The notes beneath the pieces are model-generated. The model had not been told where the DNA came from, ran no database searches, and saw only the letters and a list, made by a program, of their open reading frames with translations. From positions 1 through 38,964 of the forward strand of contig JBOHFY010000037.1 in NCBI GenBank assembly GCA_050699895.1: a DNA stretch of 38,964 bases. Direction: 5' to 3'. The stretch comes from Pseudonocardiaceae bacterium (GTDB lineage: Bacteria; Actinomycetota; Actinomycetes; Mycobacteriales; Pseudonocardiaceae). The translations under genes and the position numbers were made by a program. Within the stretch, counting starts at the first letter, position 1. The number at the start of each line of letters is the position of its first letter. This document shows, in pieces, positions 15,249 to 24,010 of this stretch.

Positions 15249-16355
15249 GTGACACCCATCCACGGCACCACCGACCCCCGTTTCCAGGCCGTCCGGGACG
15301 CCTTCGCCGCCAACTTCCGCGACCACGGTGAAGTAGGTGCCGCGCTGTGTGTCTACCACCGCGGTCGCCGCGTCGTGGACCTGTGGGGCGGCATCGCCGA
15401 CCTCACCACCGGCACCCCCTGGGCCGAGGACACCCTCCAGTACGTCTTCTCCACCACCAAGGGCTTCACGGCCACCTGCGCCCACCTCCTGGCGCAACGA
15501 GGCGAACTGCACCTGGACGCCCCCGTCGCCGACTACTGGCCCGAGTTCGCCGCCACCGGCAAACACCACATCCCCGTCCGCTGGCTGCTGTCCCACCGCG
15601 CCGGCCTGCCCGCCCTCGACACGCCCATACCGCTGGCCAGCGCGCTCGCCTGGCACCCCATGACCACCGCTCTCGCCGCACAACACCCCCGCTGGCCGCC
15701 CGGCTCAGCTCACGGCTACCACGCGCAGACCTTCGGGTGGCTTGTCGGCGAAGTCATCCGCCGCATCACTGGCCGCACCCCCGGCACCTTCTTCGCCGAC
15801 GACATCGCCGGCCCCCTCAACCTTGACGCCTACATCGGTCTACCCCCCGCCCACCAGCACCGGGTCAGCCGACTCATCGAACCCCCCGCCGCCCGCCACC
15901 CAGACTCCACCGCGCTACGCCGCGCCAGCGCCGTCACCACCCCCCGCATCGACCCCAACGACCCCCGGGTCCACGCCGCCGAAATCCCCTCCTCCAACGG
16001 CATCACCACAGCCCGCGCCCTTGCCCGCTTCTACAACGCCCTCATCGACCCGACCGACGGCTACCCCCTCCTCACTCCCGCCACCCTCACCACCGCCACC
16101 ACTCCCCAGTCCGACGCCCTCGACCAGACCCTCGGCGTCCACACCCGCTTCGGCCTCGGCTACGCACTGCCCTCCACCACATTCCCCCTCCTCGGCCCGG
16201 AGTCCTTCGGCCGCGGCGGCCGCGGCGGCTCACTCGGCTGCGCCCACCCGCCCACCCGCACCACCGTCGGCTACGTCATGAACCACATGCATACCGGCCT
16301 CACCACCGACCGCCGCTTCACCAACCTCGCCACCGCCATCACCACATCCCTCTGA
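15249..16355 (+). CDS. Serine hydrolase, beta-lactamase/esterase (class C-like) family
   Basis: The SxxK motif is FSTTKGF, followed by LLSHRAGLP. GTG 15249 has a GGAGG SD 4 nt upstream. The track extension back to 14859 has low GC3 and overlaps the GH30 gene. Confidence 0.85.
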   Translation: MTPIHGTTDPRFQAVRDAFAANFRDHGEVGAALCVYHRGRRVVDLWGGIADLTTGTPWAEDTLQYVFSTTKGFTATCAHLLAQRGELHLDAPVADYWPEFAATGKHHIPVRWLLSHRAGLPALDTPIPLASALAWHPMTTALAAQHPRWPPGSAHGYHAQTFGWLVGEVIRRITGRTPGTFFADDIAGPLNLDAYIGLPPAHQHRVSRLIEPPAARHPDSTALRRASAVTTPRIDPNDPRVHAAEIPSSNGITTARALARFYNALIDPTDGYPLLTPATLTTATTPQSDALDQTLGVHTRFGLGYALPSTTFPLLGPESFGRGGRGGSLGCAHPPTRTTVGYVMNHMHTGLTTDRRFTNLATAITTSL

Positions 16356-16647
16356 CCCCACACCACCCCACCTGCGATCACCGGACCGGATAGGGTGTGC
16401 GTGAGCGGAAAGTCAACGTGTGGATTGTCGCTTGACACTCATCTGGGTTGGGGCTCAGTCTTTTGTGCGGCGTCTAGTGCCGCGTGGACCTGGTGGTGGC
16501 ACCCGCGTGTGCCCCGGCGATGAGGAGGTGGGTCATGGGTATCGATGGCAGTCATAGACCGGTGCCGCATGTCCACTGTCCACGCGCCGATCAGGGCTGA
16601 CCGCAGCGTATGAGCCGTTGGCGGTGCCCGTCTGACGGGATGATCTG

Positions 16648-18315
16648 ATGACCACCGAGACCACGGGAGCCAGCGGGGGCGTCGCCCCACCGGGCGGCAG
16701 CGCCGTGTTGGATGAGGCGCATCTGGGTGACATCCAGGGCGCGATGGGTACGATCCGCCAGGGTGACGAGGGCACTCCTACCAGCCTGTCGGCCCGGGTG
16801 AAGACATTGCTGGCGATCGTGGGCCCAGGCCTGATCGTGATGGTTGGGGACAATGATGCCGGCGCGTTCGGCACCTACACCCAGGCCGGGCAGAACTACG
16901 GCACCCGGCTGCTGTGGACGTTGTTGCTGCTGGTCCCGGTGTTGTATGTCAACCAGGAGATGGTGCTGCGCCTGGGCGCGGTGACCGGGGTCGGGCACGC
17001 CCGGCTGATCCTGGAGCGGTTCGGGCGGTTCTGGGGCGCGTTCAGTGTGATCGATCTGTTCCTGCTCAACGCGTTGACCATCGTCACGGAGTTCATCGGT
17101 ATCAGCCTTGGGCTGTCCTACCTCGGGCTGCCCAAGGTGCCCGGGGTGCTGATCGCCGCCGCGGTGGTCATCGCGGCGGCGTCCACGGGGAGTTTCCGGC
17201 GCTTTGAGCGGGTCTGTCTGGTGCTCGTCGTGGGCAGCCTGCTGCTGGTGCCAATCTTGGTCATGGCCCACCCCCCGCTGAGCACAGTCGCCCACGACTT
17301 CGTGGTACCCGGGATGCCCGCCGGGGCGGAGCTGTCCACGGTGCTGCTGCTGATCATCGCGATCGTCGGTACCACCGTCGCGCCCTGGCAGCTGTTCTTC
17401 CAGCAGTCCTACATCATCGACAAGCGGATCACCCCGAGGTTCATCGGTTATGAGAAGGCCGATCTGTGGATCGGCATCGTCATCGTGGTCCTGGGCGCGG
17501 GGGCGCTGATGGCCTTCTGCACCACCGCGTTCGCCGGGCGCCCGGAGCTCGGGCGGTTCACCGACGCCGGTGGGGTCGCCGTTGGCTTGGGAACCCACGT
17601 CAACCAGGCTGCGGGGGTGCTGTTCGCGCTCGCGCTGATCGACGCCAGCATCATCGGCGCCGCCGCCGTCTCCCTCGCGACGGCCTACGCGATCGGCGAC
17701 GTGCTGGGCCTGCGGCACTCGCTGCACCGCAGCCCACGCGAGGCGAAAAGCTTCTACCTGGCCTTCGCCGGGCTGCTGGTCTGCGCGGCGGTAATCGTGA
17801 TCATCCCGGGGAGCCCGCTGGGGCTGCTCACCGAGGGCGTGCAGACCCTGGCCGGGGTGTTGCTGCCCTCGGCGACGGTGTTCCTGCTGCTGCTGTGCAA
17901 CGACCGCCAGGTCCTGGGTCCCTGGGTCAACGGCCGGGCGCTGAACGTGTTCACCTCGGTGGTGATCGCGGTGCTAGTGATGCTCTCCACCGTGCTCACC
18001 GCCGCCGTGGTCTTCCCCGGCATCACCAGCGCCGCGATCCTGACCATCCTCGCCACCGGCGCCGCCCTGGCCGTGATCGCCGGCATCGCGCTGCTCATCG
18101 GACGCCGGGTGCGCCCCGCGCCGGCAGGCACCGATCCACCGCTGCTTGATCGCCGCCTGCGCGCCACCTGGCGGATGCCGCCACTGGCCCTGCTCACCCG
18201 GCCTACGCTGAGCACCGGCCGCCGGCTCGGGCTCACCGTGCTGCGCGGCTACCTGGTCATCGCCGCGGGCATGGTCGTCGTCCGCGTCGTCCAACTCGCT
18301 CTTGCCGGCCACTAG
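16648..18315 (+). CDS. NRAMP/SLC11-related transporter with non-canonical metal-site residues (NRMT-like, candidate Mg2+ transporter)
   Basis: The TM1 block GPGLIVMVGDNDAGAFGTYTQAG aligns to the canonical GPG..(8)..DPGN..QAG, so DPGN reads DAGA. The TM6 block VGTTVAPWQLFFQQS aligns to GAxxMPHxxxLHS, so MPH reads APW. The protein has about 11-12 hydrophobic helices. Confidence 0.8.
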   Translation: MTTETTGASGGVAPPGGSAVLDEAHLGDIQGAMGTIRQGDEGTPTSLSARVKTLLAIVGPGLIVMVGDNDAGAFGTYTQAGQNYGTRLLWTLLLLVPVLYVNQEMVLRLGAVTGVGHARLILERFGRFWGAFSVIDLFLLNALTIVTEFIGISLGLSYLGLPKVPGVLIAAAVVIAAASTGSFRRFERVCLVLVVGSLLLVPILVMAHPPLSTVAHDFVVPGMPAGAELSTVLLLIIAIVGTTVAPWQLFFQQSYIIDKRITPRFIGYEKADLWIGIVIVVLGAGALMAFCTTAFAGRPELGRFTDAGGVAVGLGTHVNQAAGVLFALALIDASIIGAAAVSLATAYAIGDVLGLRHSLHRSPREAKSFYLAFAGLLVCAAVIVIIPGSPLGLLTEGVQTLAGVLLPSATVFLLLLCNDRQVLGPWVNGRALNVFTSVVIAVLVMLSTVLTAAVVFPGITSAAILTILATGAALAVIAGIALLIGRRVRPAPAGTDPPLLDRRLRATWRMPPLALLTRPTLSTGRRLGLTVLRGYLVIAAGMVVVRVVQLALAGH

Positions 18316-18347
18316 CCTACCGATGCCCACAGAAGGAAGCTTCGGTC

Positions 18348-19778
18348 ATGAGCATGACCCCGCAGCCGCCGCGCAACACCCCGCACCAGAATCCCGACAC
18401 TGATTCTCAGGCCGCCACGTCCGGACGAACGCTGTCGTTGTCGCGGCTGGTCAGCCGAGCTGTGGTCGGGGCTCGCGGGCAGAAACTGGGCCAGCTGTCC
18501 GACGTGATCGTCCGGTTGCGTGGCGCCGACTACCCGCTGGTCCCCGGGCTTGTCGCGGACATCGGTGGGCGCTCGGTGTTCGTGCCCGCCGAGACCGTGA
18601 CCGACTGGGACACCGAGCAGGTGCTGCTGGCCAGTGCCCGGGTCGACCTGCGGGAGTTTGGGCGGCGCGACGGCGAGGTGCTGCTCCGCGCCGACATCCT
18701 CGGCCACCGGCTCATCGACATCCCCCGGGCGCGGCTGGTGCGGGCCTATGACCTGGAGCTTCTCGACACCAGCGACGGTTGGGTGCTGGCCGGGGTGGAC
18801 ACCCGCAAGAACAAATGGTGGCGCCGGACCCTGGGGCTGACCCGGTCCGCCCCGGACCAGCACGGCGAGGGTGAGCCCGCCGACTCCGGGTGCCGGGACT
18901 GGAAGGCGTTCGAAGCGTTGATCGGGCACAAGCCCTCGGTGCTGCTGCGCACCCCGACCGGCCGGCTACGCCGGCTCAAGCCCGCGCAGATCGCCGACCT
19001 GCTTGAACAGGCCTCTCGTCAGGAGCAGACCGAGCTGCTCGATCAGGTCCACGCCGACCCCGAGCTGGAGGCCGACGTGTTCGAGGAACTCGACGACGAC
19101 CGCCAGTCCCGGTTGCTGCGCGACCGCACCGACCCCGAGATCGCCGGTGTGCTGGCCCGGATGCGTGCCGACGATGCCGCCGACGCCATCGCCGACCTGC
19201 CTCAGCCTCGGCGCCAACCCGTCCTCGAGCTGCTCCCTGCGGGTCAGCGTACCAAGGTGACGGCGTTACTGGGCTACAACCCGACCAGCGCCGGCGGGCT
19301 GATGAGCCTAGACTTCCTTGCCCTGCCGCGCGACACCCCGGTCGCCGCCGCGCTGGAGCGGGTGCGCACCGCCCGCACCCTGCAACCCGAGGCCCTGACC
19401 ACCGTGTACAGCCTCAACCACCGGGGGAAGCTGCGCGGCGCGGCCAGCCTGGTCGCCCTGGTCCAAGCCGACCCCGACGCTCTCCTGCGCGCCGTCGCCG
19501 ACCGCGACCCCATCCGGGTCCACCCCGACGCCGACCTGGTCGACATCACTCTGCTGATGACCGACTACAACCTGCTCAACCTGCCCGTCGTCGTCGACGA
19601 CCAGGTCATCGGCGTCATCACCGTCGACGACGTGCTCGAGTCCTCCCTCCCGCGCAACTGGCGCCGCCGCGAACCCGCGAACCACCCCGAGCCCACCGAC
19701 GAAGACAACGAACACCAGCCCCCCGCCGACGCTCACCCCCGCCGAAGCGCCCCCACCAAGCAGCCGCCCCACGATTAG
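18348..19778 (+). CDS. Soluble PRC-barrel + MgtE N-terminal domain + CBS-pair protein (no MgtE membrane domain)
   Basis: The MgtE_N-like helical repeat is IADLLEQASRQEQTELLDQV..VFEELDDDRQSRLL..MRADDAADAIADL. It is followed by a CBS pair (..AGGLMSLDFLAL.. and ..LLNLPVVVDDQVIGVITVDDVLE). No hydrophobic C-terminal domain is present. It starts 32 nt after the transporter stop. Confidence 0.8.
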   Translation: MSMTPQPPRNTPHQNPDTDSQAATSGRTLSLSRLVSRAVVGARGQKLGQLSDVIVRLRGADYPLVPGLVADIGGRSVFVPAETVTDWDTEQVLLASARVDLREFGRRDGEVLLRADILGHRLIDIPRARLVRAYDLELLDTSDGWVLAGVDTRKNKWWRRTLGLTRSAPDQHGEGEPADSGCRDWKAFEALIGHKPSVLLRTPTGRLRRLKPAQIADLLEQASRQEQTELLDQVHADPELEADVFEELDDDRQSRLLRDRTDPEIAGVLARMRADDAADAIADLPQPRRQPVLELLPAGQRTKVTALLGYNPTSAGGLMSLDFLALPRDTPVAAALERVRTARTLQPEALTTVYSLNHRGKLRGAASLVALVQADPDALLRAVADRDPIRVHPDADLVDITLLMTDYNLLNLPVVVDDQVIGVITVDDVLESSLPRNWRRREPANHPEPTDEDNEHQPPADAHPRRSAPTKQPPHD

Positions 19779-19803
19779 GCGCGCCGATCCGGAACCAGTG
19801 GGC

Positions 19804-20900
19804 TCAGCTCAAGCCCTGGGTGAGGGCGGCGGAGTCCGGGACCTTAACAACGGGCTCGGTCACAGAGAACGGGATAATTCCGAGAATCTGCTCGATCACG
19901 TAGTGGGCCGACATCATGGCTCCTTCCTGCCAGCCGGGGAGGGGGACGCCTGATCTCCCGCGACGAAGAAGCGGTTATCGCCCTCGGGCTGGAGCAGTTG
20001 CTTGTACGCCTGCATGTGCTCGGAGTTGCTGGGGTTCCACGCGGCCCAGCCGCCCAACTGGTAGGGCACCTTGTGCCACGCGATGGAGACGCCCTTGCCG
20101 GTGGGAACGATATCCTCGTCCGTGAACTGCCCGTGCAGCTCGGCTGCGCCCTGGCGGGCTTCTTTCAGACGGTCCTTGGGTTCCATATTGCCGAGTGCTT
20201 CGGCACAGTCGTCGAAGTTGTACGCGCCTGTCAGGGTTCCGTTCTGCGAAAAATAGTCGTTGGACGGGTACCACATCTGGGTAATGGTGTGATCAGTCCA
20301 GCTGATGCCGCCGTAGATGTTGTCCGGGTCGTCCTCCCAGAAGCGCTCGTTGGCCTGCCAACCCACCTTGCAGGTGGCCGCGAATTTCACTGCCTGGATC
20401 GCCTCATGGAATCCCGGCGAGAAGTTGGACAGCCTGGTGTTCTGGAGTACCGGGAGCGGGATGGTGCTCACGCAGTAGTCCGCCACCTCGGTGTGCACCT
20501 GACTCGCGTGCCGGTACTCAACCGCGACGCCCTCCTCGCCGAGCAGTGTCATCCCGATGACCTCGGCTTCGAGCTTGATGACCTGCTCGAGCTTCTTCTG
20601 GAACGCCTTGACAATCATGTCCATACCGCCGGCCGGCTGGAACATCGTGGCCTGCCACAGATAGTCGACCGGCTGGTAGAAGTGCGGGGTATCAGCGGTG
20701 GAGGTCGTCGGCGAGTTGCTCGTTGAGCGCCTGGTTGTCCCGCTTTCGTGACCCTGGCCCTTCACGATCGCCTTGGGTACCGGGCGGGGCGACCAGGACC
20801 CCTCACCCAGCGCATCACTCCGCGCCCGGACCCGGCGTAGCCGAGCCCCGCACCGCGCACAGCACCCTGGCCCGCTGATCGTCACCCGTACATCCCTCAC
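19804..20900 (-). pseudogene. Flavin amine oxidase / L-amino-acid-oxidase family gene remnant (N-terminal FAD domain missing, C-terminal frameshift)
   Basis: The substrate/FAD-domain sequence is QPAGGMDMIVKAF..WYPSNDYF..FVAGDQ. The conserved C-terminal GWQEGAMMSAHYVIEQI continues in another frame down to the stop at 19804-19806, with the shift inside the C-run at about 19933-19947. No GxGxxG dinucleotide-binding segment is found upstream in any frame. Confidence 0.7.
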
Positions 20901-20976
20901 CGTGCGCAGGCCCCGGTTGCACGATCTTTTTTAGATCATTTGTAGGGTTGCGGTGATCGCGCATCCTCTCCCGGGT

Positions 20977-21072
20977 CCCGCCCGCGCTGTGGTTCCCGAA
21001 CTCAACAGGAACGCTGGTCAAAGGCGGTGTGAGAGCTCTGGTGTTGAGTTCGGGAACCACAGCGCGGGCGGG
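20977..21072. repeat. 31-bp perfect inverted repeat with 34-nt spacer (MITE-like or recombination scar)
   Basis: CCCGCCCGCGCTGTGGTTCCCGAACTCAACA (20977-21007) is the exact reverse complement of 21042-21072. It lies immediately upstream of the truncated amine-oxidase remnant. Confidence 0.85.
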
Positions 21073-21445
21073 GCGCCCACGCGCGGTCGGGATTGACCTT
21101 GGACGGTGGGTCGCGGTGGAGTCACCGGCCACTTATTTGATCTTGAAACGACCGTGCCCCCGGTGGTGTCCTGGGCGCTCTTTTTTGATGGCACTTCTTG
21201 TGCACCGTGGCCATACCACGATGCGGCCAGTGACTGTCACGGTCACTTCCCCCACTTGCCCGGCGGAGATTCACGCGGCGTCTCTGGGTTCATGGGATAG
21301 GGAGGTTACCGATCGTTGTCTTTGTCGTCACCCGTGACGTCAGTCTCTCCTGCTGTCAAGCTCTCGGTAGAGGATATCGCTGAGGCATACCGCGACACAC
21401 ATTTGTCACTCAAGTTACTTGATCGACGGGAGAGGCCCCCGTTCT

Positions 21446-21901
21446 TTAGGCCAGTTCGTGGTCGTACTTCGAGAAGATCGCTGTGAGTGTTCCGACGTCG
21501 GGGGAGCCGGGTGGCAAGTCGTTCATCTCGATGAAGTACTGCTCATAACCGGCGGGTGTGATGATGCCCAGCAACCGGCCGGGGGTCTCGCCGATGTTTT
21601 CGAAGCTATGAGCAACGTTACGTGGCACGTAGAAGAAACTACCCGTGTCGGCTGATATGGAAGCCTCCCCCGCCCGGAATCGAAAACGACCGCTCAGGAC
21701 GTAGAAGCATTCCTCGTGTGCGCGGTGCAGATGGTGCGGGGCACCGGCCCCGGGAGCAAAGGTGGCCTCCGTCACGGCGAGGGCGCCCGCCGTCTGGGCG
21801 CCAGTGACCTTGATCGACCATTGATTGCCGTGGACACGTAGCGGGCGGCCACCACCGGGGAGGAGTGTCACAGGCGTCGAGCAGTCCGTAGAATCAATCA
21901 T
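21446..21901 (-). CDS. Cupin-2 domain protein
   Basis: Cupin motifs are PGAGAPHHLHRAHEECFYVLSG and GSFFYVPRNVAHSFEN. The protein is 151 aa with an ATG start. Confidence 0.85.
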   Translation of the reverse strand: MIDSTDCSTPVTLLPGGGRPLRVHGNQWSIKVTGAQTAGALAVTEATFAPGAGAPHHLHRAHEECFYVLSGRFRFRAGEASISADTGSFFYVPRNVAHSFENIGETPGRLLGIITPAGYEQYFIEMNDLPPGSPDVGTLTAIFSKYDHELA

Positions 21902-21933
21902 GGCTACCTCATAGAATCGATCATGGCTACCTC
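21888..21933. repeat. 23-bp tandem duplication covering the SD and start codon of the cupin gene
   Basis: GTAGAATCAATCATGGCTACCTC (21888-21910) is followed directly by ATAGAATCGATCATGGCTACCTC (21911-21933), with 21/23 identical. The second copy creates a 6-codon uORF (MIDSMR*) ending 2 nt before the real ATG. Confidence 0.85.
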
Positions 21934-22000
21934 GTAGGGCGCTGGGGGGGTGAAGGTTTGTGGAGTGTGTGAGATCGAGGCGCGAGATGGGGCGTGCTGG

Positions 22001-23212
22001 TCACGTTCGTTGCCGTTGTGTCTGCCGCCGGTTTATCTCGTTTGTTGGTGCGCATTGGCGATACCCTAGACCGGATATTCGCATGGCCATCCGGCGGCGT
22101 ATAAAGGGGATGTGGTTGGCGGTGCGCATGATGGCGTCGCGTAGCGGGCGTGCCGGGCGGGGGAGGAACCAGAGCCGGGTTAGCCACCTTGTGGTGGCGA
22201 TCACCTGCTTGGCGACGTGACGCTGCTGTGTGGCGTAGGTGTCCAGCACAGTGTCCGGGCTGCCTATCAAGACGGCGGCGAGTGCATGGCCAAGGGCGAT
22301 CCCGTCCTGGATGCCGGTGTTCATTCCTTGCCCACCGGCCGGGCTGTGCACGTGGGCGGAATCTCCGGCGAGTAGGACCCGCTTGGCTCGGTAGTTCTTG
22401 GCCAGGCGGTGGTGGACCCGGAACCGTGAGCTCCACACCAGCTCGGTGATCTGGGTATCGGCTGGCCCGGAGGTGTCCAGCAGAGCCTGAAGGTCAGCGG
22501 CGGTGGGATGTTCAGAAGTCTGGTCGGTTGCGCCGATCATCCGGTAGACACCGCCGGGCAGTGGGATGATGATGAACAGCCCGTTACGGCCGAGGTAAAT
22601 CGACACATTCTCGGCGGGCAGGTCTCGGTCCAAGCGAACGTCACCGAGCATGAAGGACTCGGAGCGTGTCCCTCCGGTGTATCCGATGGCGGCCTGATCG
22701 CGTACCGCGCTGTGCATACCATCGGCGCCGACCAGATAGCGGGTTCGGATCTGCCGTGTTGTTCCGGTCGGATCGGTCACGGTGACCGTGACACCTGCGT
22801 GGTCCTGGGTCATCGACTCGAACACGTATGGCCGATAAACTTGCCCGCCGAGCTCGTGGAGCCGGTCGAGCAGTATAGCCTCGGTGCGATCTTGCGCAAT
22901 GAGTAGCGCGAAAGGGTACCTGGTGGGTAGCGCCTCGAACCGAGTCGTCAACAGAGGCCGGCGGCGGGTGCGCACGGTGAATCGGGTGCAGGTCTGTCCC
23001 TCAGCGACCAGGTGTTGAGTCGCCTGTAGTTCCTCGAGTGCCTCCAGGGTGCGGGCATGCACAATGGTGGCTCGGGAGGTGTTCGCTCCGGCGGCCTGCC
23101 GATCCAACAAGATCACATCGACGCCAGACAAGATCAACTTTGTGGCCAGTGCGAGCCCAGTCGGCCCGGCGCCAACGACCACGACATCCGCATCAGTGGG
23201 TGTTTCGGGCAC
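22001..23212 (-). CDS. FAD-dependent aromatic-ring monooxygenase (PheA/TfdB-like)
   Basis: The dinucleotide fold is DVVVVGAGPTGLALA. Other motifs are GADGMHSAVR (DG motif) and LLAGDSAHVHSPAGGQGMNTGIQD (GD motif). GTG 23212 has a GGGAGG SD. The track extension to 23350 runs into AT-rich promoter DNA. Confidence 0.9.
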   Translation of the reverse strand: MPETPTDADVVVVGAGPTGLALATKLILSGVDVILLDRQAAGANTSRATIVHARTLEALEELQATQHLVAEGQTCTRFTVRTRRRPLLTTRFEALPTRYPFALLIAQDRTEAILLDRLHELGGQVYRPYVFESMTQDHAGVTVTVTDPTGTTRQIRTRYLVGADGMHSAVRDQAAIGYTGGTRSESFMLGDVRLDRDLPAENVSIYLGRNGLFIIIPLPGGVYRMIGATDQTSEHPTAADLQALLDTSGPADTQITELVWSSRFRVHHRLAKNYRAKRVLLAGDSAHVHSPAGGQGMNTGIQDGIALGHALAAVLIGSPDTVLDTYATQQRHVAKQVIATTRWLTRLWFLPRPARPLRDAIMRTANHIPFIRRRMAMRISGLGYRQCAPTNEINRRQTQRQRT

Positions 23213-23555
23213 GACAGAAACCTCCCACCAGTAATGGTACTCATGTTGCACTAAGGTTAAGTGTAGCAGGGTTGAGTATATAATGCAATAGGAGTTCCAT
23301 TTGCCTGGAGAGCGGCCCATCCCGGGTACCCTTCGGCCCGGAGGGCACACCGCGCAGGTTCGCTCCGCGGTGTTTCGCGCCGCCTGTCTAGATCATTCAC
23401 GCTGATCCACAATTCCATGATTGTCTGGTTTCTGGGGCGTGATCGGCGCAGATAGTGATCTTGGGTATGGTGGTGGTCCCGATGGGGCTCGGGTGGGCGC
23501 CGGGTTCCACGGTTCGGCCGGGTGGTGTTGGTTGGTCGGGTCGGTGGTGGGTGGG

Positions 23556-23990
23556 TTAGGCGGAGTGCGGGGCTTGGAGGTGTTCCCACGCGGTGGTCAG
23601 GTCGGGGGCCCATTCCCAGCCGGGCGGGATTTTGAGGATCTTGTGTCTGGCGTGGGTGACGAGGCGGGCTGGGGCAGATCAGCCCGACCCCGATGCCGCA
23701 ACGGGACAAACCCCGACCTGGCCATCACCTCCGCCAACTCGGTGCACAACCCGAGCCAATCAGCCAGCAACCGCGGCAACACCACCCCAGCCGCCGCCAC
23801 CGTTCCCGCCCCACCGACCTCGACCGACAACTTCTCCGACCACGCCAGCGCGGGATCCACCACACCACGCCGACTCCTTGTAGCCTGCACCCGAAAGGTG
23901 TCCCTTCCTCGCAGCCGATACGGTCCTCAACAACCCGTATCATCGCAGTTCAGGGACACCTTTCACTGTCCCGACACCCTCCGAAACCAT
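23556..23990 (-). mobile_element. Internally deleted IS1380-family-like insertion sequence remnant
   Basis: The N-terminal transposase-like fragment VEVGGAGTVAAAGVVLPRLLADWLGLCTELAEVMARSGFVPLRHRGR is joined almost directly, in another frame, to a C-terminal-type fragment RLVTHARHKILKIPPGWEWAPDLTTAWEHLQAPHSA* (stop at 23556-23558). The roughly 300-aa catalytic core is absent. A nested hairpin leader lies at 23893-23963. Element ends are not defined. Confidence 0.55.
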
Positions 23991-24010
23991 GATCATAAAG
24001 ATCGGGGTGA

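Noticed and set aside
15163-15252. A 29-codon open frame with very high GC3 (EIEFLLTVARFHAGPLPAEFAAHHPAEVT*). Its TGA overlaps the GTG start of the serine hydrolase.
   Set aside because: It has no ATG, and a stop lies immediately upstream (TAG 15160-62). The only in-frame GTG is an internal one (15184) with no SD, so it is most likely the orphaned 3' end of a deleted upstream gene. I cannot support it as a functional CDS.
16356-16647. A known metal riboswitch (M-box or yybP-ykoY) in the transporter leader.
   Set aside because: I could not find the conserved M-box core and its 3' pairing partner, nor the yybP-ykoY features, by eye. Only generic GC-rich hairpins are present, so I keep this as an open question rather than a feature.
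20905-20960. Short imperfect direct repeats (GGTTGCACGATC and GGTTGCGGTGATC), and the recurrent TAGATCATT seen near 20930 and 23390.
   Set aside because: They are too short and too degenerate to distinguish from chance without a genome-wide count.
21154-21186. A terminator-like hairpin on the + strand (GTGCCC..13 nt..GGGCGC followed by TCTTTTTT) in the AT-richer stretch downstream of the cupin gene.
   Set aside because: The stem is only 6 bp, includes a wobble pair, and has a large loop. No + strand gene ends upstream of it. It may be a relic of the rearranged region.
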